A stretch of DNA of 64,000 nucleotides from Octopus sinensis (Eukaryota): contig NC_043004.1 of NCBI RefSeq assembly GCF_006345805.1, forward strand, positions 51,398,001-51,462,000, given 5' to 3'. The notes beneath the pieces are model-generated. The model did no database searches, was not told the DNA's origin, and was given only the letters and a program-made list of their open reading frames with translations. Position numbers and translations under genes: made by a program. Of this stretch, positions 51,049-63,845 are shown in pieces. The number at the start of each line of letters is the position of its first letter. Position 1 is the first letter of the stretch.

Positions 51049-51383
51049 TAGCTAGTGCATGCATATACAGCTGCGTGCGTGCGCACATACACGCGAGTAC
51101 TGTCCAAGTCTCCAACCAATCACATACAGCTAGCTGGCATTCAATTGGCGTATCAAGTTTCGGGCATTTTGATTGGGATTTGGAAAGAAAATTCACAAAA
51201 AAGTCACTTCTATTGATTTTTTTTGTGGCTTTGCGGGGTGACTGGGGAAATGTAAAGATGTGCACGACCACCCTTGGACGGTTTTGAATGACCCTAGAAA
51301 GTGCGAGCTCTCTAACTGAAAAATTGTGGATTTGTATAAAGGACACACACACACAGACATTTTGCCGTTTATATATATAGAGA
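51049..51383 (-). mobile_element. Helitron-like non-autonomous fragment
   Basis: Minus-strand 5' end atctctatatatataaacggc...tgtctgtgtgtg resembles the other two Helitron 5' ends. Confidence 0.5.
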
Positions 51384-51588
51384 TAAAAGAACAAAACATA
51401 CTGAATAGTGTATCTCTAAATCTGTCGTCTCTCCCTCCCCATCTCCTTAATCTTTGTTACCTTTTACTTCCCTGTTTCTATCTGTTACTCACACTCACTC
51501 TCACTCTTAACAGTGCAGCAGCAGTAGCAGCAGTCTACGGTAACTTCCTATTTGTTCATGATAATTATTACGCAAGTGCCGTAAACGT

Positions 51589-51662
51589 GGCCGGTTAACT
51601 CAGTTGGTTAGGGCGCCGTGCTAATAACGCGGATGTCGTGGGGTCGAGTCCCATACTGGCCA
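51589..51662 (+). pseudogene. tRNA-Ile pseudogene
   Basis: About six substitutions, affecting the D stem and B box (GGGTCGA). Confidence 0.8.
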
Positions 51663-51859
51663 GTAACTTTTTCGTTTTTAGATACGTTGGTGTGAGTTTA
51701 AGCAAGTCATTGTCAATCCTCGCAGAAACACCTTTGTACATTATAAACTAGACATATAACTGAAATCGAAGTTCCGTTGCTTACTGTTGCCCAACTTAGA
51801 TAATGGTCAAGCAAATCCATGAAATAAATAATCACAGAACGTACTTTTTCCCCAGTAGA

Positions 51860-53100
51860 TCGACTACCACCGCCATCAGATTTATGGGAGGGGTTAAGAC
51901 GAGCAAGTTGACCCCCAGTACTCAACTGGTACTTATTTTATCGATCTCGAAAGGATGAAAGGCAAAGTCGGACGAAATGCCGCTAAGCATTTTATCCGGC
52001 ATATCAACGATTCTGCCAGCTCACCGCCTTATGTTCTTTCAATATTAGAAACATTTTTTTAAGACGGCGAGCAAGCAGATTCGTTTGGACCCCAAGCAAA
52101 ATGCTTTGTAGCATTTCGTTCGTCCTTAAGTTCTAAGTTCAAATTCTGCCAAGATCGGCTTTGCCTTTTATCTTTGCGGGGTCGATAAAACAAGTACCCG
52201 ACAACAACTGGGGTCGATGTAATCCACTTACACCCTCCCTACAAACTGCTGGCCTTGTGCCAAAATTTGAAACCAATTTTTTAAATAGTCTTCTTTTTTT
52301 TCTTTATTTCTTTTTAAGTCGGCGAAATGGCAGAATCTTTGGCACGCTGGGCAAAATACTTTGCAGCATTTTATCCGTCCTTACATTCTAACTCCAAATT
52401 CCACCAAGGTCGGCTTTGCCTTTCATCCTTTCAGAATCGGTAAAATTAGTACTCGCAGAGCACTAGGATCGATGTAATCAACTAACGCTCTTCCCCTTAT
52501 GCCAAAATTTGAAATCAATATTAAAATATTTTCTCATGTACGGGTGATCCGCTACAGTTTTATTTTAATATGAACCTAAAAGGATTTATTATTAGTGTGT
52601 ACATAAGAGTTTTCAGGACTGACAAAATTCCAACTGTGATTCCCAATATGGGTGCCAAGTCTCTCTGTCTTTGTAATTGTATTCCACCATAATTCCACCA
52701 TTTATCAGAGTATATTATTGATGTTTGAGACGTTTGGAAGGACTGGGCCCTTAACAGAAAAGTTTTTGTTATCGTTGGCGCTTTGCCTTACCGAGGTCTC
52801 AGGTGACGCTCGTGAGGATGCTTGGCTGTTCCAAAGCCTTAGTCTTGCCACCACCTGGGGTAATACCTATTTCTTTACTACCCACAAGTGGCTAAACACA
52901 GAGAGGACAAACAAGGACAGACAAACGGATTAAGTCGATTATATCAACCCCAGTGCGTAACTGGCACTTAATTTATCGACCCCGTAAAGATGAAAGGCAA
53001 AGTCGACTTCGGCGGAATTTGAACTCAGAACGTAGCGACAGAGGACATACTGCAAAGTATTTCGCCCGGCGTGCTAACGTTTCTGCCAGCTCGCCGCCTT
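51860..53100. mobile_element. Cluster of family B SINEs in both orientations
   Basis: Copies at about 51860-52030(-), 52065-52275(+), 52320-52515(+) and 52866-53100(-). Confidence 0.75.
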
Positions 53101-53775
53101 CACCGCGGAATGGGAAATGGCGTGACAATTCACTTCATGGATCAAAGCTTGCTGATGTGTGTGTGTGTGTGTGTGCGCGCGCGCGCGCGTTATGAGCATT
53201 TATAGAAAAATAATAAAATAATACTTTCAAATTATTTCCACTGACCACTAACTGGTACACTTTCCCTTATCTATATCCTTGTTTTTCTTTTTTCTGTTTT
53301 CTTTTTTCTTTCTTTCCTTTATTCCTCTCTTTCTGTTTTTGTTTTTTTTTTGTTATTTTATTATTTTATTATTTTTCTTCTTACTTTCTTCTTATTCTCT
53401 CTTTTTTCTCTTCTTTTTCTCTTTCTTTAATACCTGTCTTCCTGCTTTCGATTTGACCCTACTATTGACACTCCCTATTTGACCCTACTATTGACCCTAC
53501 TATTGACACTCCCTATTTTTAGGTCACTTTAAATAAAACCATTGATTCAATAACACTGTGTATAAATTCTATACTTGGAATGACCAATTTTAATTATCAT
53601 TGGATTTTACTCATAAGGTATTGGAATCTTATATGTATACCATTCTGCCTAAAAAATGGATCTACAAATATAACATCCCAACATATCTCACATTTGTTCT
53701 CTTTTCTTTCCTCCACCTCACTCTCTATTTTGTATCATATCTAAATTAACTATTACTTAACCATCCTCTCACACC

Positions 53776-53827
53776 GTCTCCGATGAAGGGATATAGTTAA
53801 TAAACATCTTGAAAACAGCTGTAAGAC
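53776..53827 (+). ncRNA. Degenerate minimal hammerhead motif
   Basis: gtct-CCGATGA-agggat...atctt-GAAA-acagctg-TA-agac; U4 changed to C, palindromic stem III. Confidence 0.6.
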
Positions 53828-54664
53828 CTTCTATCTACAAATGTTCTAAAATCTATACACAGCCTTGGTTTTTTGTCCCATTATGAAAAAAATTTATATA
53901 TATATATATAATAAAAAAAAAACTGCCGTTATGCCTGGCAACGAGTACCCGTCATCGAGGAGAACCAATAGAGATCAAAACCACGTTGTTTGGTGGTCAT
54001 AAAGCTAGGGTAACAGGAGTTATGTCCCGCTTGCAATAAATACCAGGCGGGAGACGCGCACTGAATAAACCAGCCGGAGGAGATGTCTTCCTCTGCTTCA
54101 ATGGCAGTATCGTCGTCTTTTAGAAGACAATCATATTAGAGGGGCCATAAACACTGCAAAAAAAGAAATATTTTTGATCATTGATCGATTTTCAATAAGA
54201 TTCAGTGGTGGGTATAACACTTCCAAGCAGGAAATGCCGAACGAGCCTCTCTTTGTGTCTCCTCCAAAAATATCCTCAAATACTCAATGAATTCTCTCAC
54301 TTTTCCGCCATCGGTCTCATATAATTTTTGTGGAAATATTTCGTTTCACAAACGTTTATTTGCATCTGGAGTAATTCCAGCGATAACAACTGGATTGCTC
54401 TCAACGTAACAGTAAAGAACTTGTAGTCGTAAACGCGTTAAAGGTTAATGATTAATAACTAGTTATCAGCAAAGATAACTATCGACCACTTGGTCTGAAA
54501 CAAATCGAAAGCCAAAGGAAGGTCGAGGAAAAGGCCAACAATCGCAAAATCTAATTGGTATTGGAAATCCCCAGGCGAAAAGGAATCTACTTCACCATCA
54601 TAAACATTACGGAGATGTACTCGCATAGCAAGTAATTTGATCTGAGATGGTGTGCTGAAACGAA

Positions 54665-54922
54665 AACAATTGCAGCGTGGAGGGTGTTTGTAAGCCATTT
54701 AAGAAACACACAAAAGCCGTTCGATTCACTTCAACAGTTAAGTTTAATTTGTCAAAATATTTTCGTCGCTAAAATCCGTAACCTGTTCACTGACAAAAAT
54801 CCGAGATGCGGATTTTAGCGACGAAAATATTTTGACAAATTAAACTTAACTGTTGAAGTGAATCGAACGGCTTTTGTGTGTTTCTTAAATGGCTTACAAA
54901 CACCTTCCACGATGCAATTGTT
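54665..54922. repeat. Near-perfect fold-back with 114-bp arms (MITE-like)
   Basis: 54665-54778 is the reverse complement of 54809-54922 with about two mismatches. Confidence 0.9.
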
Positions 54923-55167
54923 ATTATAAACATTGTCCTCAGACTATTTTGAAAAAAAAAAGAAAGAAAGAAAGCAAAAAACATACACTATATAGTGTAT
55001 ATCCATATCTACATAACTGTTTCCTTCTCTCTGTCTTTTCTATCTCTTTCTCTTACTCTCCCTCTTTCCTTCCTTCACAAGTGTCAAAACACTGATTGCA
55101 AACACATCAAGTTGTATCTTGCATTAACATGTGTTCATACTAATTTTTATAGCCACCGGATACCAAT

Positions 55168-55241
55168 GGCCGGTTAGCTCAGTTGGTTAGAGCGTCGTGC
55201 TAATAACGCGAATGTCGTGGGTTCGAGCCCCATACTGGCCA
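55168..55241 (+). tRNA. tRNA-Ile(AAT), intact
   Basis: Identical to the other intact copies; T-run downstream. Confidence 0.95.
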
Positions 55242-55872
55242 ATGTGTTCACATTTTTTTTTTTTCGCTTTTGTATGTTTTTACGAACTGAATTTTTGGAT
55301 CTAGTTGGTCTGGCTGCCAGCATTTCAAAAATTTTAAGTTTATCGACAATTTTAAAATTTGGTACAATAATATACATTTTCCAAGCTGAATTGCTGGAGT
55401 TATTTCACTTTTTCCAGAAAAAATATTTTTAAGAAGTTATAGAAGTTTAAAGTTTGATCATTTTTCACCCAGTCCAGAAACAGGATTTGGAAGCTGTCCT
55501 TTTGTGCGTGACTGCACATTTTGTCGTCAGCATCCTGAAGATAGCACGTCTTGTCGATATTTGTAAACAACACATGTTTTGTAGTTTGAAGCATTCAATA
55601 TGCATTTAATGCGAGAGCACGAACTTAAAAAGATTTATTCAAAAAACGTTATTTAGCTGTTGTTTTTAGTACACTTCAAAGACAAAAAGGAACGAGTAAA
55701 CCAGTAGTTTGAAGCATTCAATATGCATTTAATGCAAATGCGATGAACAACACTTTACATGCGATCAGCACTTAACAATTTCCCCCCACAAATGGTTGCA
55801 ATACAGTTTTAACAGAAAGATTTGGAAGAATTCGATAAAAGTTCTTCGGTAATTTTCTTTCATGTAAATAAA

Positions 55873-56231
55873 TACTCTTTTACTCTTTTACTTGTTTCAG
55901 TCATTTGACTGCGGCCATGCTGAAGCACTGCCTTTCAGTCGAGCAAATCGGCCCCAGGACTTATTCTTTATAAGCCTAGTACTTATTCTATCGGTCTTTT
56001 TTTGCCGAACCGCTAAGTTACGGGGACGTAGACACACCAGCATTGATTGTCAAGCGATGTTGGAGCGACAAACAGAGACACACAAACATATACACACACA
56101 CATACATATGTATATACATATATACGACGGGCTTCTTTCAGTTTCCGTCTATCAAATCCAGTCGCAAGGCTTTGGTCGGCCCGAGGCTATAGTAGAAGAC
56201 ACTTGCCCAAGGTGCCACGCAGTGGGACTGA
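55873..56231 (-). mobile_element. SINE family A, head truncated
   Basis: Reverse-complement copy. Confidence 0.85.
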
Positions 56232-57535
56232 ATTTAAAATACTTATCCAAAAAAAAAACGTTATTTAGCTGTTATTTTTAGTACATCTCAATGGCAAAAA
56301 GAAACGAGTGAACAAGTAGTTTTAAGCATTCAATATGCATTTAATACAAATGCGATGAACAACACATTACAAATTAAATATGAAAAAAAAAACCCCAAAC
56401 ATTTTGTTGACCAGGTCATAAATGCACACGCCCAACTGTCGACAGATCGGCAAAATAAGTGGTTTCAATATATTTGACAACATGTGCTTTCTCGCAGACA
56501 AAAGGTCACTCATGTTCCGCTTGTTACTATGGAAACTGGCATGAATGTATTTATGACTTACGATTGGCTAAAATTACGAAAATTTTCAAAATTTAGTTGC
56601 TAATAACTCTTTATTTATTGATTTATAGCAGAAGTGATTTTCACATCATTTATTAACCAATAAAAGTGTATCATTATGAAATCAATTCGAACAGAATTGA
56701 TGCAGGCGGCCAAACTGACGAGATCCGAACTTTTATCTTTTTCCTTGACTCAGTCCGATTATGTCAACTATTAAGTCTTCTGATTTGCTAAAATTATGTA
56801 AAATGCTACTAGCTTTAAAAACTCGTTCATAATTTTATTCATTTCTCAAAAAAAAAAAAAAAAACTACATTCGTATGGACAATTTCAAAAGAATCGGGCG
56901 CTGTGAATTCAGTTTACTAACTTTCAATTCAATAGTGCTCATGATTTTGATCCTTTTCTTATGGCGACAAATGTTTTTGTATAAAATAAACTTTTAGAGT
57001 AAAAGCAGTTGTATAATTTCTTTTAGTTTTCTTTCACTTCTTTGAACAATGGCCATGCTGGGGCATCGCCTTGAATTATTTCATTAAACAAATCGATCCT
57101 AGTACCTAATTCTTTTCAAGTAGACGCAAGCGTGGCTGTGAGGAAGGAAGCTTGCTTCCCAACTACATGGTTCCAGGTTCTGTCCCATTACGTGGCACCT
57201 TGCGCAAGTGTCATCTACTGTAGTCTCGGTCGACCAAAGCCTTGTGAGTGGATTTAGTAGCTGGAACTGAAAGCAGCCCCTAATAATCAAGCATGAAATT
57301 AGAGAAATCTGAAACTCGTCAGTTCGATCTTCACCTGGGGCACACAATTTTTTATACAACGGTGGTGCCCCTTTTACATATGGGTGTATATTCGTTAGTC
57401 TAGCTAATATGATCGTTATAGCGAGATACTTTGCTACCTCAAGAAAGGTTTCGGTCAGTAAACAATAGATTGTATCATTTAAATATGTATTTTGAGAATA
57501 AGAACTGAAAGAAAGAAAGAACAAAAAAATATCGC

Positions 57536-57609
57536 TGGCCAGTATTGAGCTCGAACCTACGACACCTGCGTCATTAGAACGATGCTTTGACCAACTGAGC
57601 TAACCGGCT
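57536..57609 (-). pseudogene. tRNA-Ile pseudogene, inverted orientation
   Basis: Minus strand: agccggttagctcagttggtcaaagcatcgttctaatgacgcagg...tactggcca. Confidence 0.8.
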
Positions 57610-57664
57610 ACTTACGTATAGTATAGCGTAGGTTACAGTTACGTGTGTTCACAAGATGATGATG

Positions 57665-59030
57665 GGTGCAAGTATCTTGGTAATCCTGGAGCTGGACAAT
57701 AACATGCACATAAAAATGAAAGACAAGGTCATCACTGCATATTTCAAGTGCTCCAAACATCTCTTGAAATCAAAACTCAGCTCAAGAAACCTTGTGACTA
57801 CCATCAGCATATGGGTTGTTGCTGTAGTCCGCTATAGTGCACCCACCCTGAAATAGAAACAAGCGGAAATTAACCAACTCGATTGCACTACCCGAAAGAC
57901 AATAACAATGCATGGTACCCTCCACCCTAAGACGAATGTACACAGGCTCTACACAAAGAGGTGTAAAAGTGGATGTGGGTTGATTAGCGTACGGGAATGC
58001 ATCAACAGTGAAAGAAGAAACATGGCAGAATATTTGGTAAACAGCAAACAAAACAGACCTGCTTCAGTATGCTGCTAATGCAGAAGGATTTACCAAAAAT
58101 GAACTTGAGAGTGCTCGTGAATTCAGATCCTTAACAGCCAACGAGAGAGAAGAAACCCCACTCTGCATGGAATTACATGGTCAGTTCCACCGTGAAACAA
58201 ATTAAAAGACTCGGAAGCACCATGGCGGTGGCTCAGCAAAGGTGACCTAAAAAAGAATACTGAAAGCCTAATACCAAGTCAGTGAAAAGGGATATATACC
58301 ACACATGTGCAACGAACCTCTGCAGAATGTGTGGGAAGAGGGCCGAAAGCGTGACTCTCAAGAGTACAAGCGCAGACATGACAAGGTGCACCTTGTCATG
58401 TCTGCGCTTGTACTCTTTCTGCGCAAGACTTTCACAAATACTAACAATGTGAGTCACGCTTCACTGGCCACTATGCCGGAAGTATGGATACGAGGTAACG
58501 GGTGCTTGGTACCAACATACACCAGAAAAGGTAATAGACGAAAAGGAGAAGACAAAAATCCTCTGGGACTTTGACTTCCAGACAGACAAGGTGTTAGAGC
58601 ACCGAAGGCTGGATATAGTAATTTTTAGGAGGGACAAACAAGAGTGCCTAATAATCGACAACACAGTGCCAGGAGATCAACATATTATCATGAAAGAAAG
58701 AGAAAAGATTGGTGGAGACCGGAGAATTGAGACCGCTAAGATGTGGCAACTGCGTGAGTCAAACATAAAGGTTGTCCCTATTGTCATCGGAGCTTTGGGT
58801 TCAATATCACCCAACCTGAAAAAACATCCGGAAATTTTAGAAAGACCCTACAATGTAGGTGTATTACAAAACTCAGCATTTCTTGGAACTGCATGCACAC
58901 TGCATAAAGTACTGTCTGTCTGAGGTACTTGTGGTGAACTGACAGACAGTACAAACCCCCGGTACACACAATATCTTCAATCAACAACATTACGATATTG
59001 GACATTACTATGCGACGTCTTAAACAATAA
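57665..59030 (+). mobile_element. 5'-truncated R4/Dong-like LINE with restriction-like endonuclease, decayed
   Basis: LLKSKLSSRNLVTTISIWVVAVVRYS; MHGTLHPKTNVHRLYTKR; CRMC...THIVSICESLAQKEYKRRHDKV; ILWDF...HRRLDIV...LIIDNTVPGD...KEREK...PIVIGALG. Confidence 0.88.
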
Positions 59031-59699
59031 TGATGATGATGAGGAGGAGGAGGAGGATAATAAACCTGAAGTGAAGTCCAAGTGTATAGTGAAGTCCAAG
59101 ATGAATAGGAGTGTAGGGTTGATAGTAAGTTGCTAAGGGGGTAGTTCATTTAGAATTTGGATTGGAGAAAGAGTTCATGTGTACATGGTAGCGGTATTTG
59201 AAATCAACAGGGCCGCCAATATACACTCTTGCTTGGTGGGAGCGTGGTGTTATAACACGGTAGTTATAGACAACATTTTTATGCAGACAGAAACCTCCAA
59301 GGTGACAGAGAAACTCGATAATTGCAAGTCTTCCTACCTGCTCTGCCTTTTTCTCTACAGAAAAAACTCCATCAGGAATTGTGGCAGTATATTAAAAGAA
59401 CCTTTACGGTTAAAAATTATAAATATCTTATAAGCAAGGGTTAAAGAAGGTTATTCTAAAGCCAATATACTGATATTCCACATTTAATCTACTTGCTACA
59501 GAAAGTTGAACTGAAATTCGGGCAACTAAACCTTTGGAACATTTAAATTGCGTTATCTCAATATTGAATCAATTTCGGAATTAACCACATAAGGATTCGT
59601 TCTTCTTCAGTTAAGCTTTCTGTAGAGAAAAAGGCTTCATCATTTTTAATAGTAGTAAACTGATTACTGCTTACTGCAGGGGGACTTGTAACCACTACA

Positions 59700-60819
59700 A
59701 TATGTAGCGGCGGGAAGTCAACATGTTGTTCTGAGACTGTATTTTAGCAATTCGTCTTCATGGAACAAAAGTCCCTCCGCACAAAAGGGCACAAAAAAGA
59801 AAATAGAAAGAATTTAGGGCATTTATATCCTTGAAACGGAAAAGACTTGGTGCACACAAGCTATCATAAGACAATGGGTTGATTTAACTATGCCACTTGT
59901 TTTACATGGTTCTTAAAGAAGTTGTTTAGTCAGGGATTCGGCCAGTACTCATCACGCAAAAGATATGAAAACTTTCCTTTCTGAACGAAGAATTGACAAC
60001 ATAATGATTCCGACGGGAATGACTTGATATCTACAAATATTAGATCTTGTAATAAACAGGCCCTTCAAGGATTATTTAAGGATGGAAGGGAATTAATATA
60101 TCGAATATAGAATAGAGAGAAATCAGCGTGGAAACTATCAAACCCAACCTCCAAGAAATCGTGAATTGGATGAAGAATTCATGGAATAAAATTACCGACA
60201 GTTGCGTTGCCAACGCTCTACGAGCAGGATACTTGGATTGAAAATTATATTGCCAAACCTAAGAGATTGGGGTTCATGATTCCACAGGAAATGGAATTGC
60301 AAGAAATTCAATCTGAAGTTCGGGGTTTGATGATTTATAACGATGTTCCAGAAGAGGACGAAATGTTTGTACTTGACTAAAAACATTAAGCAAATAAATA
60401 AACTTTTGATAATTAAAAATATGGGTTTGCTTTTTCCAGTGTTTTTCCTTTTACACGGGGACAAAAGACTATTTTGTCTTTCATGGATTTTTTTCCGCAA
60501 AAATATGACATACTCTGAAAATAAGCCCTAGCGCGTTATTTGGACACTAAATTATTTTCTACTCTAGGCACAAGGCCCGTGATTTGTGGGGAGGGGGCCA
60601 GTAAATTAGATCGACACCCGTACGCAACTGATACTTAATTTATCGACCCCGAAAGGATGAAAGACAAAGTCGACCTCGGCGGAATTTGAACTTAGAGTAT
60701 AAAGAAAAGCAAAATACTGCTAAGCATTTCGCTCGGCGTGCTAACGTTTCTGCCAGCTCGCAGCCTATTTGGATGCAAAATTAATATAAGATTGGGTCTT
60801 ATTTTCAGGGAAACAAGGT
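59700..60819 (+). mobile_element. pogo/Tigger-like DNA transposon remnant with a family B SINE at 60565-60765
   Basis: DDE_1-like IPTGMT*YLQILDLVINRPFKDYLR; terminal ggtcttattttcagggaaacaagg-TA. Confidence 0.7.
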
Positions 60820-61126
60820 ATATGTGTGTATATGTGTGTGTGTGGGTGGGTGTATTTTTATATAGATACATGCGCACATACATACACACGTATATATATA
60901 TATTTACATACATTGATAAATGTATAAATGCATACGCACACACACACACACAAACACACGAAGTTCAGACGTCATTTTCGACGGCTAGTTCTAATAAACA
61001 AACATGTTGTATTAGAATGTTTCTTTGTCTTTGCATGTTGTATGTTTATAAGTATTTAAGGCACAACATTATACATCCGCCTGTGTTCGTGCGTGCCTAT
61101 GTAATATCGACGTAATACATATTATA

Positions 61127-61312
61127 GGCGCAGGAGTGGCTGTGTGGTAAGTAGCTTGCTAACCAACCACATGGTTCCGGGTTCAGTCCCACTGCGTGGC
61201 ATCTCGGGCATGTGTCTTCTGCTATAGCCCCGGGCTGACCAATGCCTTGTGAGTGGATTTGGTAGACGGAAACTGAAAGAAGCCTGTCGTATTATGTAAT
61301 ATATATATATAT

Positions 61313-61366
<54 letters not shown>

Positions 61367-61580
61367 GTGTGTTTGTGTGTCTGTGTTTGTCCCCCTAGCA
61401 TTGCTTGACAACCGATGCTAGTGTGTTCACGTCCCCGTCACTTAGCGGTTCGGCAAAAGAGACCGATAGAATAAGTACTGGGCTTACAAAGAATAAGTCC
61501 CGGGTCGATTTGCTCGACTAAAGGCGGTGCTCCAGCATGGCCGTAGTCAAATGACTGAAACAAGTAAAAGAATAAAGAGT
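61127..61580 (+). mobile_element. SINE family A
   Basis: Full copy. Confidence 0.9.
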
Positions 61581-61679
61581 ATTATACACATATGACCTCA
61601 TATATATATGTGTACGTGCGTGTGTTTATATGTGTGTGTGTGTGTGTGCACACGTGCGTATGTATGTATATGTTCTGTT

Positions 61680-61936
61680 ATTTGCTTCAGTCAGTTGACT
61701 GCAGCCATGCTGGAGCACTGTCTTAAAGGGTTTTAATCGGAGAAATTGACCGTAGGGCTTATTCTTTGTAAGGCTAGTACTTCCACCGGTCTCTTTTGCC
61801 GAACCGTTAAGTTACAGAGATGTAAACACATCAACGTCGGTTAACAAGCGACGATAGTGGGACAAATGCAAACACAAAGATACATACACACACGCACACG
61901 CACACACAAACGCTCACACACAAACGCACACGCGCC

Positions 61937-61985
<49 letters not shown>

Positions 61986-62125
61986 TACGACGGCTGTCTT
62001 TCAGTTTCCGTCTATCAAATCCACTCACAAGGTTTTGGTCTGCCTGAGGCTACAGTAGATGACATTTGCCCAAGGTGCCACGCAGTGGGACTGAACCCCA
62101 AAACATGTGGTTGGGAAGCAAGTTT
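61680..62125 (-). mobile_element. SINE family A, diverged
   Basis: Reverse-complement copy. Confidence 0.8.
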
Positions 62126-62199
62126 CTCCCCCGACGTCTACGCCTGCATACATACATACATAGATACATACATACATACATACATACATATTTATTTAT

Positions 62200-62835
62200 A
62201 TTAAGGGCATTACTATACATAAATGCCTCACGCTAGGGCTAGGAGGGACTATTAAAGTAAAAACTACCATAATAAAAACATTGTACCGAACGCGAGGGAA
62301 TACAACTCTCGAAGCGAGCCCTTTAAAAACAGATTCAGCTGCAGATAATATCATTTCATAATAAGTTCACAAAATGCACTTTTTAATCATCAGTGCATGC
62401 ATAATCAAGACACATAAAAATGAACAAAAAAATCAACATACCAGACGAACACCAAATGCATCCAGCATAGTACATAGGACTGTTCACACTTATATATCTA
62501 TGTGAGAGGCAGGCTTTTCGAATTGCATCTCGGTACACATGATTATTCAGAATAAAATTCAGCACTGAATATATTCCGGTTAAATTTACAATTGAAAAAT
62601 AGGATTAAATCTTTATAAGAAATTATCAAGTAGTTAGCGTGAAAAACCTCATAAGGGAAAAATTTATTAATGATTCCCTTTGAATATATTTATTTATATT
62701 AAGGACATTATTATACATAAATGCCTTATGCTAGGAGGGACTCTTAAAGTCATAACTACCATAATAAACACACTGTACCGAACGCGAACGAATGCAATTC
62801 TCGAAGCGAGCCTTTTAAAAACGGATTCAGCTGAA
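62200..62835 (-). mobile_element. Penelope-like partial tandem (pLTR-like) remnant
   Basis: ~140-bp direct repeats at 62200-62342 and 62699-62834 with a hammerhead adjoining the first. Confidence 0.55.
62340..62397 (-). ncRNA. Type I hammerhead ribozyme
   Basis: Minus strand: tgca-CTGATGA-ttaaaaagtgcattttgtgaacttattat-GAAA-tgatatta-TC-tgca. Confidence 0.65.
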
Positions 62836-63427
62836 CATGGAGGTTTAACTGTACTTATAATTTAAATTCAAACACAAACATATGCACAAGAACAAATATA
62901 CACACACGTAGATACACACTGAAAGATATACAATATACTATATCAAAAATATTTGCTTTCCGTCCAGACCTTCTTCCGGTTTTACGGTACATGTGCTGAA
63001 GCGAAGCAGGAATGTCTTTTAAGGAACTGAAAGAAAGGAAGACTGATATAACAGAACACGGTAAATATGATATTCCTACAGAATGCGCGCGTGCATATGT
63101 GTATATGTGTGAGAGAAAGAATAAGGGAGAGAAAGCTGGAGAGAGAGAAAGATGGAGAGAGAGAAAGATGGAGAGAGAGAGAAAGAGAGAAAGAGAAATA
63201 GAGAGTTTGTGTACGTATGTTTCCTTGTACAATATTGTTACCATTCTCTTTTTGGCGAGTGGGGTTGATGTTATCTACTAATCTCATCCCTCAAAATCAA
63301 AGCTGCCGGTTTTGTTCCTGAAATATAAACAATTATAAGTGCTGTTGTTGTTACTGCTGCGACTATTACTACTACTATTTAAAATCTTCTAAATATACGA
63401 TACACGAATTCCATTCAAACACACACA

Positions 63428-63477
<50 letters not shown>

Positions 63478-63488
63478 ACACACATACG

Positions 63489-63520
<32 letters not shown>

Positions 63521-63674
63521 CACAGATTGATCGATTGGTAGATAGAGATACATATACAAGTAAATACACTAATTTCTCTCAATATATAAAAATACGCTAT
63601 CTTTAAGATCACATTTTAATTTCCTAAAAACTACTTTACTGTTCTAATGCTTTAAAGTATGCTTCTTTTTCAGA

Positions 63675-63719
<45 letters not shown>

Positions 63720-63734
63720 CTGTATATCTGTATA

Positions 63735-63800
<66 letters not shown>

Positions 63801-63804
63801 CTGC

Positions 63805-63845
<41 letters not shown>

